Positions 41,889 through 53,900 of a DNA stretch of 64,000 bases are shown here, piece after piece (position 1 is the first letter of the stretch; the number at the start of each line of letters is the position of its first letter). The notes under the pieces were generated by a model. The model saw only the letters and a list, made by a program, of their open reading frames with translations, was not told the DNA's origin and ran no database searches. The stretch is from an uncultured Eubacteriales bacterium (GTDB lineage Bacteria > Bacillota > Clostridia > Christensenellales > CAG-138), in the NCBI GenBank assembly GCA_942492885.1, contig OW818651.1:2306959-2370958 (forward strand). The letters run 5' to 3'. A program made the position numbers and the translations under genes.

Positions 41889-43970
41889 TTGCCTAGAGAT
41901 ACTTCACTTGAAATGACCCGCAACATCGGGATCATGGCGCATATCGACGCCGGCAAAACCACGACGACTGAGCGAATCTTGTACTACACAGGCAAGATTC
42001 ATAAGATCGGCGAGGTGCACGAGGGAGCCGCCGCCATGGATTATATGATCCAGGAACAGGAGCGCGGCATCACGATTACGTCCGCCGCAACGACTGCTTA
42101 CTGGCGTTCGCACCGCATCAACATCATCGACACGCCCGGCCACGTGGATTTCACGATGGAAGTCGAGCGTTCGCTTCGCGTACTCGACGGCGCGGTTGCC
42201 GTCTTCTGCGCAAAGGGCGGCGTAGAGCCGCAGTCCGAGACGGTTTGGCGCCAGGCAAGAAAGTACGGCGTGCCGTGCATTGCCTATGTCAACAAGATGG
42301 ACATCACGGGTGCGAACTTCGAATACGTCGTTCAGATGATGCGCGATCGCCTTGGCGCAAACGCGCTGCCCATCCAGCTACCCATCGGCGCAGAGGGTGA
42401 TTTCCGCGGCATCATCGACCTTGTGGCGATGAAGGCGGAGGTTTACTACAACGACGACGGCACGGATGTGCGCGAGGAGGAAATCCCCGCGGAAATGCTG
42501 CCGATGGTCAAAGAACAGCGCGCAAAGCTGCTGGATTCCATCATTGAAGAAGACGAAAACCTGATGGAGCGCTATTTCGGCGGTGAATGGTTTACGGCGG
42601 CGGAGTTGATTCCCTGCATCCGTAAGGCGACGCTTTCCGGCAGAATCGTGCCCGTCACCTGCGGTACCAGCTACCGCAACAAGGGTGTGCAGCCGCTGCT
42701 AAACGCGATTGTCGACTATCTGCCCAGCCCGCTTGACATCGAGCCCCCCAAGGGTACCGATAGAGACGGCGAAGGCGAATTTGTGGTCGAACCGCGTGAC
42801 GACGCGCCGTTTGCCGCACTTGCGTTCAAGATTCTCTCCGACCCCTTTGTCGGCAAGCTTTCGTTCATCCGCGTCTACAGCGGAACGCTCAAGAGCGGTT
42901 CCTATGTATACAACGCGAGCAAAGGCAAGCGCGAGCGCGTTGGCCGCATCATGATGATGCACGCCGATACCCGCACGGAGATCGAAGAAGCGCACGCGGG
43001 CGACATTGTCGCGCTTGTCGGCATGAAGGACACCAGCACGGGTGACACGCTCTGCGTGGAGAGTCATCAGCTTCTGCTTGAGAGCATGGATTTCCCGGAA
43101 CCCGTCATTCAGGTTGCCATCGAGCCCAAGACGAAGGCCGGCCAGGAAAAAATGGGCCTGGCGCTCGTCAAACTCGCCGAGGAGGATCCCACCTTCCGGA
43201 CCTATACGGATCCGGATACCGGGCAAACCATCATCGCGGGCATGGGCGAGCTGCATTTGGAAATCATCGTCGATCGTATGATCCGCGAGTTCCATGTGGA
43301 AGCGCGCGTGGGCAACCCGCAGGTTTCCTACAAAGAAAGCATCAAGGCCCCCGTCAAAGCGGATTGCCGCTATGTCCGCCAGTCCGGCGGTCGCGGCCAG
43401 TACGGCCATTGCGTCATCGAACTTGCTCCGCGTGAACCGGGAGCCGGCTACGAGTTTGTCGACAAGATCGTCGGCGGCGCGATTCCGAGAGAATACATCC
43501 CCGCGGTTGACAAGGGCATGCGCGAAGCACTCAAGAGCGGCAAGCTCGGCGGCTACGAAGTGGTCGACGTGTCGGCGACACTGCTGGACGGCTCCTATCA
43601 CGAGGTTGACTCCTCTGAAATGGCGTTTACCATCGCAGGATCGCTCGCCATCAAAGAAGCGCTCGAAAAAGCGCAGTGCTCGCTGCTTGAGCCGATGATG
43701 AAGGTGGAAGTGCTCGTTCCGGAAGACTACCTTGGCGACGTGATGGGCAACATCACCTCCCGCCGCGGCAAGCTCAGCGGCATGGAAACCCGCCAGAACG
43801 TTCAGGTGATCGACGCGCTCGTGCCGCTCTCTGAAATGTTTGGCTATGCTACCGACCTTCGCAGCCGTACGCAGGGGCGCGGAACCTTCACGATGCAGTT
43901 TGCGCATTATGAAGAGGTGCCCAAGTCGATTGCAGAGAACGTTGTCGGCAAGAAGGAATACAAGCTGTAA
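41889..43970 (+). CDS. fusA: elongation factor G
   Basis: [21 protein letters not shown]. 693 aa. TTG start gives the usual N-terminus before TRNIGIMAH. Confidence 0.95.
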   Translation: MPRDTSLEMTRNIGIMAHIDAGKTTTTERILYYTGKIHKIGEVHEGAAAMDYMIQEQERGITITSAATTAYWRSHRINIIDTPGHVDFTMEVERSLRVLDGAVAVFCAKGGVEPQSETVWRQARKYGVPCIAYVNKMDITGANFEYVVQMMRDRLGANALPIQLPIGAEGDFRGIIDLVAMKAEVYYNDDGTDVREEEIPAEMLPMVKEQRAKLLDSIIEEDENLMERYFGGEWFTAAELIPCIRKATLSGRIVPVTCGTSYRNKGVQPLLNAIVDYLPSPLDIEPPKGTDRDGEGEFVVEPRDDAPFAALAFKILSDPFVGKLSFIRVYSGTLKSGSYVYNASKGKRERVGRIMMMHADTRTEIEEAHAGDIVALVGMKDTSTGDTLCVESHQLLLESMDFPEPVIQVAIEPKTKAGQEKMGLALVKLAEEDPTFRTYTDPDTGQTIIAGMGELHLEIIVDRMIREFHVEARVGNPQVSYKESIKAPVKADCRYVRQSGGRGQYGHCVIELAPREPGAGYEFVDKIVGGAIPREYIPAVDKGMREALKSGKLGGYEVVDVSATLLDGSYHEVDSSEMAFTIAGSLAIKEALEKAQCSLLEPMMKVEVLVPEDYLGDVMGNITSRRGKLSGMETRQNVQVIDALVPLSEMFGYATDLRSRTQGRGTFTMQFAHYEEVPKSIAENVVGKKEYKL

Positions 43971-44042
43971 GCAACTTTCAACTGCCAAAATGGCATTGAG
44001 CAATATTATCGTTTTAACGATTGAAAGAAAGAGGAGATTTTT

Positions 44043-45257
44043 ATGGCAAAGGCAAAATTCGAACGCAATAAGCCGCACGTAAACGTCGGCACCATCGGTC
44101 ACGTTGACCACGGCAAGACGACCTTGACGGCGGCGATCACCATGGCGCTGTCGCAGCAGGGCGAAGCCAAGGCGATGCGCTATGACGAAATCGACAAAGC
44201 GCCGGAAGAAAAAGCGCGTGGAATCACGATCAACACCGCGCACGTTGAGTACGAGACGAAAGCGCGCCACTATGCGCACGTCGACTGCCCAGGCCACGCG
44301 GACTATGTCAAGAACATGATCACCGGTGCCGCCCAGATGGACGGCGCGATCCTGGTTGTGAGCGCGGCGGACGGCCCGATGCCCCAGACCCGCGAGCACA
44401 TCCTGCTTGCGCGTCAGGTTGGCGTGCCGTACATCATCGTGTTCATGAACAAGATCGATCAGGTTGACGATCCGGAACTGCTTGAGCTCGTCGAGATGGA
44501 AATCCGCGAACTGCTGAGCACGTATGAATTCCCGGGCGACGATATCCCGATCATCAAGGGCAGCGCGTTGCAGGCGATGGAAGCATTGATCGCAGGCAAA
44601 AAGGCTCTGGAAACACCGGAGTGCAAGTGCCTGTTTGACCTGATGGACGCAGTTGACAGCTATATCCCGACGCCGGAGCGCGCGGTTGACAAACCGTTCC
44701 TCATGCCGGTGGAAGACGTCTTCACCATCACGGGTCGCGGCACGGTCGCGACGGGCCGCGTGGAACGCGGAACCGTCAAGATCAGCGAAACCGTCGAGAT
44801 CGTCGGTCTCGCGGAAGCCACCCGTTCGGTTGTTGTGACCGGCGTTGAAATGTTTAGAAAACAGCTCGATCAGGCGATGGCAGGCGACAACGTCGGCCTT
44901 CTGCTGCGCGGCGTGCAGCGCAGCGACATCGAGCGCGGTCAGGTTCTGGCTAAGCCGAACTCGATCCACCCGCACACCCATTTCATGGGTCGCGTGTACG
45001 TGTTGACGAAGGAAGAAGGCGGCCGTCACACCCCGTTTTTCACGGGCTACCGTCCGCAGTTCTACTTCCGTACAACGGACGTGACGGGTTCCGTCGAGCT
45101 GCCCACGGGCGTTGAGATGGTTATGCCTGGCGACCACATCGACATGAACATCCAGCTGATCACGACGATCGCGATCGAGCCGGGCCTGCGCTTCGCTATT
45201 CGCGAAGGCGGCAGAACCGTTGCCTCCGGCGTCGTCACCGAGATCCTAGACAAATAA
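44043..45257 (+). CDS. tuf: elongation factor Tu
   Basis: [21 protein letters not shown]. 404 aa. Confidence 0.97.
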   Translation: MAKAKFERNKPHVNVGTIGHVDHGKTTLTAAITMALSQQGEAKAMRYDEIDKAPEEKARGITINTAHVEYETKARHYAHVDCPGHADYVKNMITGAAQMDGAILVVSAADGPMPQTREHILLARQVGVPYIIVFMNKIDQVDDPELLELVEMEIRELLSTYEFPGDDIPIIKGSALQAMEALIAGKKALETPECKCLFDLMDAVDSYIPTPERAVDKPFLMPVEDVFTITGRGTVATGRVERGTVKISETVEIVGLAEATRSVVVTGVEMFRKQLDQAMAGDNVGLLLRGVQRSDIERGQVLAKPNSIHPHTHFMGRVYVLTKEEGGRHTPFFTGYRPQFYFRTTDVTGSVELPTGVEMVMPGDHIDMNIQLITTIAIEPGLRFAIREGGRTVASGVVTEILDK

Positions 45258-45277
45258 GAGACAAGAGACACACAAAA

Positions 45278-45305
45278 GAGGCTCGCTGCGCGAGCCTCTT
45301 TTTAT
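45278..45305 (+). terminator. Rho-independent terminator after tuf
   Basis: GAGGCTCG (45278-45285) / CTGCG / CGAGCCTC (45291-45298), followed by a T-run. Confidence 0.85.
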
Positions 45306-45375
45306 GTCTTTTTGGGGTTACTAAAAGCTAAGTGACAGGTTACTCGTGTCTCTTATAGCGAAAAAGTTCTTTTGC

Positions 45376-45888
45376 TTACTTTTCTTGCAAGAAAAGTAAG
45401 ATGCGCTCTCTTATGCTATTAAATTGTTCCCCGATGGGTTTGGCAAGGGAGAGATCGGCGATCATCGCGTCGAGTTCGGGCAGAGACAACCATTTTGCGT
45501 CTGCCGTTTCGCCGTGCTGAAGGCGAATTTCGCTCAGCGGAATATTCCGGCGCAACAGATAATGGTCTACGAACGAATCCCGCGTGGTCTCGGTTGCGAT
45601 GAAGATCAGATCCTCTTCGGTTGCGAGAATCCCCGTTTCCTCTGCCAGCTCCCGCACAGCAGCAGCGCGGCTGGTTTCCCCCGCGAGGGCGGAACCGCCC
45701 GTGTTCTCCCAATGGTTTGGGTAGCTTTCCTTTGCGGGATCGCGCAGCGTGAGTAGGAAGTTTCCGCTGGAATCGATCGTCCAAATCGAGACGACGACGT
45801 GATATTCACCCGGCGCGTTGGGCGTGCCGCGCTGGTGCGTGCGCCCAAGCGGATTGCGCCCAGCGTCGAGCAAATCCCACAATTCCAT
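45376..45888 (-). CDS. NUDIX hydrolase
   Basis: Canonical Nudix box GGSALAGETSRAAAVRELAEETGI. ATG 45888 follows AGGAGG. Confidence 0.85.
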   Translation of the reverse strand: MELWDLLDAGRNPLGRTHQRGTPNAPGEYHVVVSIWTIDSSGNFLLTLRDPAKESYPNHWENTGGSALAGETSRAAAVRELAEETGILATEEDLIFIATETTRDSFVDHYLLRRNIPLSEIRLQHGETADAKWLSLPELDAMIADLSLAKPIGEQFNSIRERILLFLQEK

Positions 45889-45943
45889 GTTCTGCCTCCT
45901 GTCGGATTGAATGTTGAACACTCCGTATCTGAAAAAAAGCAGA

Positions 45944-46648
45944 TTACATGAACAGCACGAGCCCGATGGGCAGAAAGATCGCGAGGATGAAATCCAGCAC
46001 CTTGATCTTGGTGACTTTGAGAAGATTCAGCCCGATGGCGAGGATCAGCAGCGAACCCACGCAAGTCATCTCGGCAACCGCTGCATCGCTGAGCACGGGG
46101 GCAAGAAACTGCGCGAGCAGCGTGATACCGCCCTGATAGAGAAACAGCGGAATGGCCGAAAGCAGAACCCCCGCGCCAAGCGTGCTCGCGAAGATGACCG
46201 CACTCACACCGTCGAGAATACTCTTGGTGAAGAGCACTTCGTGGTTGCCGGTGAGGCCGCTGTTGAGCGAACCCACAACCGCCATCGCACCAACGCAATA
46301 GAGCAGAGTCGTTGTGATAAACGCTTCGCTGAACTTCGATCCGGTGTCCGTTTTTGAGACGAGCTTTTGCTCCATCCCGCCGACAAAGCGGGTAAATCTG
46401 CCGTCGAAGTCGAGTATCATGCCGATGGCACCTCCCACGACGATTGAGATCGTCGCGATCAGCGCATTTTGTCCCTTGAGCATACCGCTGATGCCGATGT
46501 AGATAACCACGAGACCGAGGCCTTGCATAATGCCGCCGGAGACGCGCTCCGGTATGCCTTTTTTGAGCAGTAGACCGAGCGCGCCGCCAACCAAAATGGC
46601 CGCGGCGTTGACGATGGTTCCAAGCATGGGATGAGGGTTCCTTTCCAT
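45944..46648 (-). CDS. DUF554-type polytopic membrane protein
   Basis: 234 aa. Glycine-rich hydrophobic repeats (GTIVNAAAILVGGALG ... ) resembling the YdfK/DUF554 family. Confidence 0.6.
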   Translation of the reverse strand: MERNPHPMLGTIVNAAAILVGGALGLLLKKGIPERVSGGIMQGLGLVVIYIGISGMLKGQNALIATISIVVGGAIGMILDFDGRFTRFVGGMEQKLVSKTDTGSKFSEAFITTTLLYCVGAMAVVGSLNSGLTGNHEVLFTKSILDGVSAVIFASTLGAGVLLSAIPLFLYQGGITLLAQFLAPVLSDAAVAEMTCVGSLLILAIGLNLLKVTKIKVLDFILAIFLPIGLVLFM

Positions 46649-46985
46649 GTATGCCGGATAGCATAACGATTCATCTTATTCTGACTTTTTGTATGATTAT
46701 ACGCCATTTGCGCGCGAAAAGAAACTCACAGTTGAAATACCCCTGGCAAGACAATTGCAATCCTTCAGTCCATTTGCTGCAAGGAGTGTATTTGCTGCGC
46801 TTTTGTGTCAATCTGCACGGTTGCGTTACGGAAAAAAAGCGCAAGAAAACGCGTTTTTATACGCCTTGTGGGTGTACCGATTCGGTGATACCATGTGACA
46901 GAATCTGGTTGTATATGCCTCTGCTCCTCGATGAAATCGCATAAAAAATCCAAACGCCAACGACAGCTAGCGATGGGAGATTCAT

Positions 46986-48776
46986 ATGAAAAAAACGTTA
47001 CTATGTGTGCTTCTTTGCCTCATGGGCTGCTTTTTTTTAAGCGGGTGTGTGAAGCCGCCGATTCCGGAACCGAAAAACATCATGCAGCCGACACAGGCGC
47101 TGTTTGACGGATTGGACTCGCTCAACCCAAAGGGAATTTCGAAGCAGGATAACCAGCTTGGGCAGGAGCGCTACTATATTGTCGTGGATGACGGGCTTGG
47201 CATGAAGGGGTTTGTTTCGACTTTTTGCCAGAGCTATCGCGCGGCGATCACCGCTATCTCGGGTGTGAGTATGAGCAGCGAGAGCACCTGCGTTCGCGCG
47301 AGTGATCTCGTAAACGAGTATCCAACCGCGACGAACGGCGCAAGGAGTTTTTTTGAAGAGGCAGTAAATGCACAATTCTTCCAGTCCAAGAGCAACGACG
47401 CGGCTTCCGTAATTCAGGAGATGACGCAGGAGTTTAGCCGGAATCCCGATCAGGTGATGATTCTGGTTTCGGACATGATGATTCCAACCGAAGACGATTG
47501 CAGCGAGGCAGCAAAAGCCCTGCAGACAGCCGTCATCACACCGGAGCATACGACGATGGGTATCATCGGCATCATGGGCGACTTCCGCGGCACGATTGAA
47601 AACCTGCCGGTCAGCCCGACGACGGGATATAAGCGCAAGATCAGCGACTATATGGTCAAGGACGCGGATGCGAACGGGAATTTTAAGCATCCGCTGTACA
47701 TACTTTTCTTCGGCAATGAACAGGTTGTGCTCAACGCGATGGAGAAGACGATGAGCTCGCTTGAGCAAAGCGCTGTGTTCGATATGGAGCAAGATGTCAA
47801 AGCGCTGTATCTCACAGAGTATGACATCACGCGAAGAGACAAGGACGACATCATCACAAAATTCAATCTTGGTTATCAGGGATACAACGATGCGGAATAT
47901 CCCGCGCGGTTTCTGATCCGCGGCATGAGCGATGCGTCCGGCAAAGTAAAATATGAATCCACGACGCCGGTCAACGAAACGTATCAGCAGATGCTAAGCG
48001 ACCTGCCCATCGCAAAGCTCTATACGGAGGAGCGTGGAACTGCGGAGAAAAACGTCAAAATCCGCTGCACAGTTCCGTTTACATTGATCGACTCGTCGTT
48101 GAATGGCGCCACGATATCGGACAGCAGCAACTTCGTTGTGTCAGCACAAGATCTGAAGATCGAACGGACGGATTATTCCATCACCACAGAGGTTCTCGTG
48201 TTGGATTACAGCGAGACGGAGGCGGGCAAGGTACAGGCCGACTGGGTGCCCGCGGATGCAACGATGATCAGCGTTGCGAGTGCGGATATTGATGCGAGCT
48301 GCAAACGGGTCGATGTCGAGTTGAGCGTAGACACAGCCCTGCTCGATAAGGATGAGCCATTGCTATGTAAAGTGCGTGTGAGTATATCGGCGCAGCCCAA
48401 GTGGGATGCGATCGAGAAACTCTATGATGCTTCGTGGTTAAAAACCTGGGAATTGAACCTCGAGCAGTTCGATAACGAATCGATCTGCTTTGGACAGGTG
48501 GAGACTTCGGCGCGCTTTACGGCGGCGACCACCGCAAAAACTCCCTTCCTCTATAGTCTGGTCTATCTGGGACTTACGGAGGAGCAGATGAAGCAGGTGG
48601 ATGAAGCGATCAGCAGCAAGACGGCGGATTGTGTGCAGACGACGATGTTTGGGATCGTCGTGCGCGATGTTCCGATCAGATACAACGGCGACTATTCATG
48701 GAATTATGATGAGAGCTTTGGTGGCTGGGCATTCAGCGAAGAACAGGCAGAAATCATTCGCGCAGCGATTGATTGA
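46986..48776 (+). CDS. lipoprotein with possible degenerate vWA-like core (gene 1 of five-gene operon)
   Basis: Signal peptide with lipobox LSGC (MKKTLLCVLLCLMGCFFLSGC). YYIVVDDGLGMKGF ... QVMILVSDMMIPTED ... TTMGIIGIMGDF follows the beta-strand pattern of a vWA/Rossmann-like domain, but the MIDAS DxSxS motif is not intact. Confidence 0.5.
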   Translation: MKKTLLCVLLCLMGCFFLSGCVKPPIPEPKNIMQPTQALFDGLDSLNPKGISKQDNQLGQERYYIVVDDGLGMKGFVSTFCQSYRAAITAISGVSMSSESTCVRASDLVNEYPTATNGARSFFEEAVNAQFFQSKSNDAASVIQEMTQEFSRNPDQVMILVSDMMIPTEDDCSEAAKALQTAVITPEHTTMGIIGIMGDFRGTIENLPVSPTTGYKRKISDYMVKDADANGNFKHPLYILFFGNEQVVLNAMEKTMSSLEQSAVFDMEQDVKALYLTEYDITRRDKDDIITKFNLGYQGYNDAEYPARFLIRGMSDASGKVKYESTTPVNETYQQMLSDLPIAKLYTEERGTAEKNVKIRCTVPFTLIDSSLNGATISDSSNFVVSAQDLKIERTDYSITTEVLVLDYSETEAGKVQADWVPADATMISVASADIDASCKRVDVELSVDTALLDKDEPLLCKVRVSISAQPKWDAIEKLYDASWLKTWELNLEQFDNESICFGQVETSARFTAATTAKTPFLYSLVYLGLTEEQMKQVDEAISSKTADCVQTTMFGIVVRDVPIRYNGDYSWNYDESFGGWAFSEEQAEIIRAAID

Positions 48777-48808
48777 AGCACGGAAATATACACGGGAGGG
48801 TGATAACG

Positions 48809-49366
48809 ATGAATGGGAATGTGAAAAAAAGGGTTAGCGCGCGCGTGATCTGGACACTCATTCTGGCGGCTGCGCTTGCGTGGTTTCCGCCGACTTTGTA
48901 CCATGACTGGATCTATGCGAGGTTTTTTCTAGAGGATTCAGCGAAGGATATCGCAAACCAATTCTTGAACGGTACGCAGTGGATCCATCTCGGCGCGATT
49001 GTTGCGATCTGGCTGCTCAACCTTGTCTTCTTCATCATCAATCAAGCAAAAGGCGACAGCGGTAATCGCCTCATGGGACGGACATGGCTCCAGAACCTGT
49101 TTAACATTGTGCTGATTGCGCTGAGCGTTGCGGCGATGGTAGGTTATCGTTATGCAATCTCTTCTGAAAGCTGGATTGGCTTGTTCTTTGGAACGGCGGA
49201 CAGCATCAAAGCGATTGTCTGGATGCCATACTACGTCCTTTTGGCCTGCGGATTATTCCTCTGGTGTTTTTGCAGAAGGGCAGCGCCAGCGACCAACAGC
49301 CCCGTTACGTGCCTGGTCGCGAAATGGTTTGACAAACGTATGACGCGCGCGGAACGCACGCGCTGA
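48809..49366 (+). CDS. 4-TM membrane protein (gene 2)
   Basis: ATG 48809 follows a GGGAGGG RBS. Four hydrophobic helices. Confidence 0.6.
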   Translation: MNGNVKKRVSARVIWTLILAAALAWFPPTLYHDWIYARFFLEDSAKDIANQFLNGTQWIHLGAIVAIWLLNLVFFIINQAKGDSGNRLMGRTWLQNLFNIVLIALSVAAMVGYRYAISSESWIGLFFGTADSIKAIVWMPYYVLLACGLFLWCFCRRAAPATNSPVTCLVAKWFDKRMTRAERTR

Positions 49367-49381
49367 GAAAGAGAGTACTGT

Positions 49382-50974
49382 ATGAAGAAATTTGTACTTG
49401 TCGCAATAGGCGGAACGGGCATGCGCGTGGCGCAGTCCCTCGTTGCGCTGGCGGCGTCCGGCTTTTTGAGCGATCTTTGCGGAGCGGATTCAAACTATCT
49501 GCTCGAAATCCGGCTTGTCGATCTCGACATCGTTGCGGGCAGTGACAAGATTGAGCTTGAGGAGATGATCCGCACAGTCAACGAGGCGATCCCGCAGCTC
49601 TCCGTCATTGTGGACGAGAATACGGCGGAGCACCGCTGGAAGGCAAAGGGCATCGACGGAATGATGAATCTACAGCCGCCGATCGATGACCGCAGCACGA
49701 TCAACGACCTTGTGCGCGAAGGGTTTTTGTCCGAGCCCGAGTCACTTGCCTATCACGCGTTGTTTGCCGAGGACGACCGCACGATGATCCTGCGCCGCGG
49801 CTGCAAAGGCCGCCCACGCATCGGCTCGTTGCTCTGGGCGGAGCACTTCGACCTAGACTGGAAAAACCGCAGCGGGTTCTGGCAGTCCATCTTCGGCGAC
49901 ATCGGCACGGATGACGAATTGCGCGTCATGTTCGCGGGTTCGGTCTTCGGCGGCACGGGCGCCAGCGGCACGCCGACATTGGCGCAGAAATTCATCCGCG
50001 CCTGCCGCAAGGGCGACATCGGCAACACCGCACCGTTTGCGAAGCACGTTGCGCTGACATTGATGCTGCCGTATTTCGATGTCGGTCAGGATACCGATGT
50101 CGACAGCGGACTCTTCTCAATCAACAGCAAGATGGCGCTGAAATATTACGAAACCTCCGAGATTCTAACCGAGGTGGAGTTTGCCCAGTTCGTCGGCGAT
50201 GACCGCCGCCAAATGGAGAAGAAGGACGAGGAAGGCGCGTGGAAACGCGTGCGCCTGGATCGCAACAGCCGTGTGGACGAAGGGCAGAACGATCCTTCCA
50301 TGCCCGCCGAGCTGATGGCTGCCATCGGCGCTTGCCGGTACTTTGCGGGCGACATCCCCAAGGCGGACAATGTTTTCCGGAAGGTCTATGTTCCGCTGAA
50401 ATGGAGCACCGCGAATTCGGAGCAGAGCGTTCCGCCGGAGGAAGCAGTTCCGCTGAACAGCTTTGACTATTTCCCCGTCTCCAACGGCGGCGCGGATGCG
50501 GGAAGCGTCCGCTCCGTGAGCGATTATATTCTGCGGCTCGAGCGCTTTTGCCTGATGCTGAGCAGTTATTATCGCACCAGTGCGGCGATCAAGACGTCGT
50601 GGAACTACCGGCCGGAGGTGTTTCGCACCGTCTGGAAGAAGCAGAAAGATCTACTGGATACGTATGACAGCCGGATCGACGGCGTGGGATCGGCTCTCGC
50701 GTTTGCCGAGAGTATGTTCCGCTGGCTGGAGGAGCTGGATCACCATGGCATGCACGATCTACTGAAGATTGAGGGCGACGAGAAGCGCAACACGCCGCAC
50801 ATACAATCGGCCGTGAATGACGCGGCACGGGAAGGCTCGACCAAGCTCGACCTGCTCGGCATCGCCTGCTCAGACATCACAACAAAGATGAACTCGGCGC
50901 GTGTAGACCCGCAGGGCGCAACGAAATATTTCGTTTCCTCCCTGATGGAGTGCTGCGTGCTCCGCGCGCTGTAA
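49382..50974 (+). CDS. FtsZ/tubulin-superfamily GTPase-like protein (gene 3)
   Basis: VLVAIGGTGMRVA resembles the T1 loop GxGGxG. RRGCKGRPRIGSLLW resembles the FtsZ T3 GAGANPEVGR. MFAGSVFGGTGASGTPTLAQ resembles the tubulin signature GGGTG(S/T)G. The C-terminal ~300 aa is unassigned. Confidence 0.6.
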   Translation: MKKFVLVAIGGTGMRVAQSLVALAASGFLSDLCGADSNYLLEIRLVDLDIVAGSDKIELEEMIRTVNEAIPQLSVIVDENTAEHRWKAKGIDGMMNLQPPIDDRSTINDLVREGFLSEPESLAYHALFAEDDRTMILRRGCKGRPRIGSLLWAEHFDLDWKNRSGFWQSIFGDIGTDDELRVMFAGSVFGGTGASGTPTLAQKFIRACRKGDIGNTAPFAKHVALTLMLPYFDVGQDTDVDSGLFSINSKMALKYYETSEILTEVEFAQFVGDDRRQMEKKDEEGAWKRVRLDRNSRVDEGQNDPSMPAELMAAIGACRYFAGDIPKADNVFRKVYVPLKWSTANSEQSVPPEEAVPLNSFDYFPVSNGGADAGSVRSVSDYILRLERFCLMLSSYYRTSAAIKTSWNYRPEVFRTVWKKQKDLLDTYDSRIDGVGSALAFAESMFRWLEELDHHGMHDLLKIEGDEKRNTPHIQSAVNDAAREGSTKLDLLGIACSDITTKMNSARVDPQGATKYFVSSLMECCVLRAL

Positions 50975-50996
50975 AGACGGATACGGAGGCAAAGTT

Positions 50997-53900
50997 ATGT
51001 CGTTTTATCACTGGTTCTCGTCACACCCGAATGAAATCGATCTCAGCGGCGGCATCTACAAGATGCAGGATATCGCCAAAGAGCTGCGCATCGTAGACGC
51101 CAAGCAGGAAGCGCGGCCGAAGCAGACGGATTTCCGGCGGATCAGTTCCGTGCCGGATATCTGGAGCCAGCACCGGCTGTTTGAGATGCTGCTGCTCAAC
51201 AAGGCGGAAGACCCGAGCTATCTGGAGTATGAGGCGATTGCAAAGCGCGAATGGCGCGCAATGGTTGCGCTGCTTGTGCTTGCGGAGTCGTATGGCGTCA
51301 AGGTGCATACGAAACAGATTCGATTCTCTGATTCCGTGAGCAGCGCGTATCTGCGCGCGGCATACAGTACCCGTCCAAACAGCGATCGATGGCCGAGCAT
51401 GGAGATTTACTACATTGAGGCCGGGGATATGCAGTATCCCATCGCGATGTCTTCTCCAACGGTGCACGTGATCCCGACCAAGGACGCGTGGCGTAACCTC
51501 AGGATGGTGTATCCGGGTCGGATTCCGTGGATCACGGACAATCAGGTCCATTCACCGGTTTTGGACGACGACGGTCGCGCGACTCCGTTCCAGCTTGGCG
51601 AAAAGGAGGCGGACAAGACCCCCGCTCTTATGCCCGTGCACGCGCTGATGCTGCAACGCTGGCTGATGAAATATCGCGATGACCTCGCGGCGCAGCAGCG
51701 CCTGCAAGGTGCCGCGGCAACGCTGCAAAGTGTGCGCCTGTTGAGCGATTATGAAAAAGCGCTGTCGGAGGCGTTCCGCCTCGAAGCGCAGCGCATGCCG
51801 AATATGATGAGCTTCTTTACCGCCGCGGAACAGCAGGACGGCATGAAGATCGGAGATCTGCACGTCCCGAAAAACCTCCGCATCTTCCTCGATCGCGCGT
51901 TTTATTCTGTGATCGATCAGGCTTCGTCTCTGCCGGAGGTGCTCGATACGCATCGCTTTGCGGGCGGCATCGGCAAGGAATGCCTGGTTAGCAAGAAGCA
52001 GCTCGACGGTAAATGGACGCACTTCTTTGTCACGATGCCGGTCACCGGAGAATTCTGGAAGCTTTGGCACGACAACGAGGACTTAATTCCCGAATATCAT
52101 CTCACCTGCACATTCTCGCCGGACGGCGTACGCGTGGACAAGATCAAAGCATCCATCGTCATCGGCGATATCACGTTCTCCAAGACGTATTCTGTGGCGC
52201 AGATCGATTCGGATCCATGGAGAAATCTGTGCGTCGCGGGTATTTGGCCGCGCCAGAAGATCTCGGATTGGAAGGATTATTATCTGTTCTGTAACGCGAT
52301 CAACGGCTATCGTGTGGAGCCGGAACACGAGGATATGATCACCTATGAGAAGACGTATTCCGACAAAGAGGGGTTGGAGGGCACGCTCAACTACTATAAG
52401 CTCAACAGAGCGCCGGAGAGCTGCAAGCTCTTCAAGGATAACAAGCTCATCGGCTTTATGCAGGTTCGCGAGCGGCAGATGATCCTTCCCGGTGAAAAGA
52501 CGAGCGTCTACCGCGCGTCGATCGACTTTGGTACCTCCGCAACCACGCTTTACGGCGGGGTGGATGACAACGAGCCCGGGAAAATTTCCGGCATGAATAT
52601 GTGGAGTTTGCCGCTGATGAATACAATTGACGGGGCGGGGATTGAAACTTCGAGGTTGGAGAGATACTTCTTCCCGCCTTTGCCAGTGCCGTTGCATAAA
52701 GTGTCATTGAAGCAGAGCCGGGCTGAAGCAACAACGGTTCCTTTTGGTATCCTGTTAAAAAGTGCCGCTGATGTGAAGGCATATCCAGATTGCATTCCGT
52801 TGCAGACAGTTTTAGCCGATGCTTTGGATACGAATGGTCCCAGACAGATGCTTGCAGACAGCTGGATTTTCTTCCGTGCTTTCATGCAAGCGAGGACAAT
52901 TGTATTATGGCCTAAGCTGCATTCGAACTTAAAATGGGATCAATCATCGCAGTTAAATCAATATCGTGTTCAAACAATTTTGACAGAAATCATGATGATG
53001 GTCGCGCTTGAAGCTCGTGTGAATCATTGCGGTTCATTATCAATCACAGCATCCTATCCATTATCCTTTGAGATTAGCATGCGCGACTCATACTTTGAAG
53101 CACTGAATGCCATGTTGGATATAACTGCAACACTGACTGGATTGAAAGTAGTTCCGCCACCCGTAAGTGATAATAAACCAATAACAAAAATAGCACCTTT
53201 GGTAGGAAGCATTACGGAAAGCGAGGCCGTCTACCGATATTCTGTAGCGCAGGATAGTTACAATCAGAATTATTTCGTCATTGATATCGGCGGTGGATCA
53301 ACCGATATGTTCTTAAGTTTGATAGACGATAATCATCGAAGGAATTCTTACTCGACATCGCTTGGATTTGGAGCACGCGCAGTTTTGATCAACAAACTTC
53401 GACAGAATGGCAACTTGCTTCTACACAGATTAGTCCATGAATCAGACCTTGTGAAAACTAGTGCAGTCCGAGACTATGGTCGATTTATCCTTGAACGAAC
53501 TTCAAGTTTTGGACATAGTTTTGTGGAAGACTTGTTCTCGATGCGGATTGAGAGAGATTTGAATAATCCTGCTTCAGCAGGCGCGCCTGAAAACTACGGC
53601 GAAATGTTTATCAACACTTGCGCAGCAAGCAATCTTGATCCGGCGCAAGTAAAAAACGATCCGCAAGCTCACAAAGAAGGAGTTTCCTTCTTGGAGCTAA
53701 AGAAACGAATAGCTTTCTTCTTGGCTGCGAGCGTTTGGCTATCTGGCCTCATGATTCGCGGCGGTCAGAACACTGGAATGAATGTTTCACTGCTATTTGC
53801 TGGCAACGGTTCTAAGATGATCCGCTGGTTGTCTCCAGACTTAGACCGAATTCGCTATTTTATCACGCTAATGTTCCAGCAGGCATCGGGTACCGCGATC

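Noticed and set aside
42699-45137. 812-aa minus-strand ORF spanning fusA and tuf
   Set aside because: It crosses the fusA-tuf intergenic region, antisense to two universally conserved genes. This is a GC-driven shadow frame.
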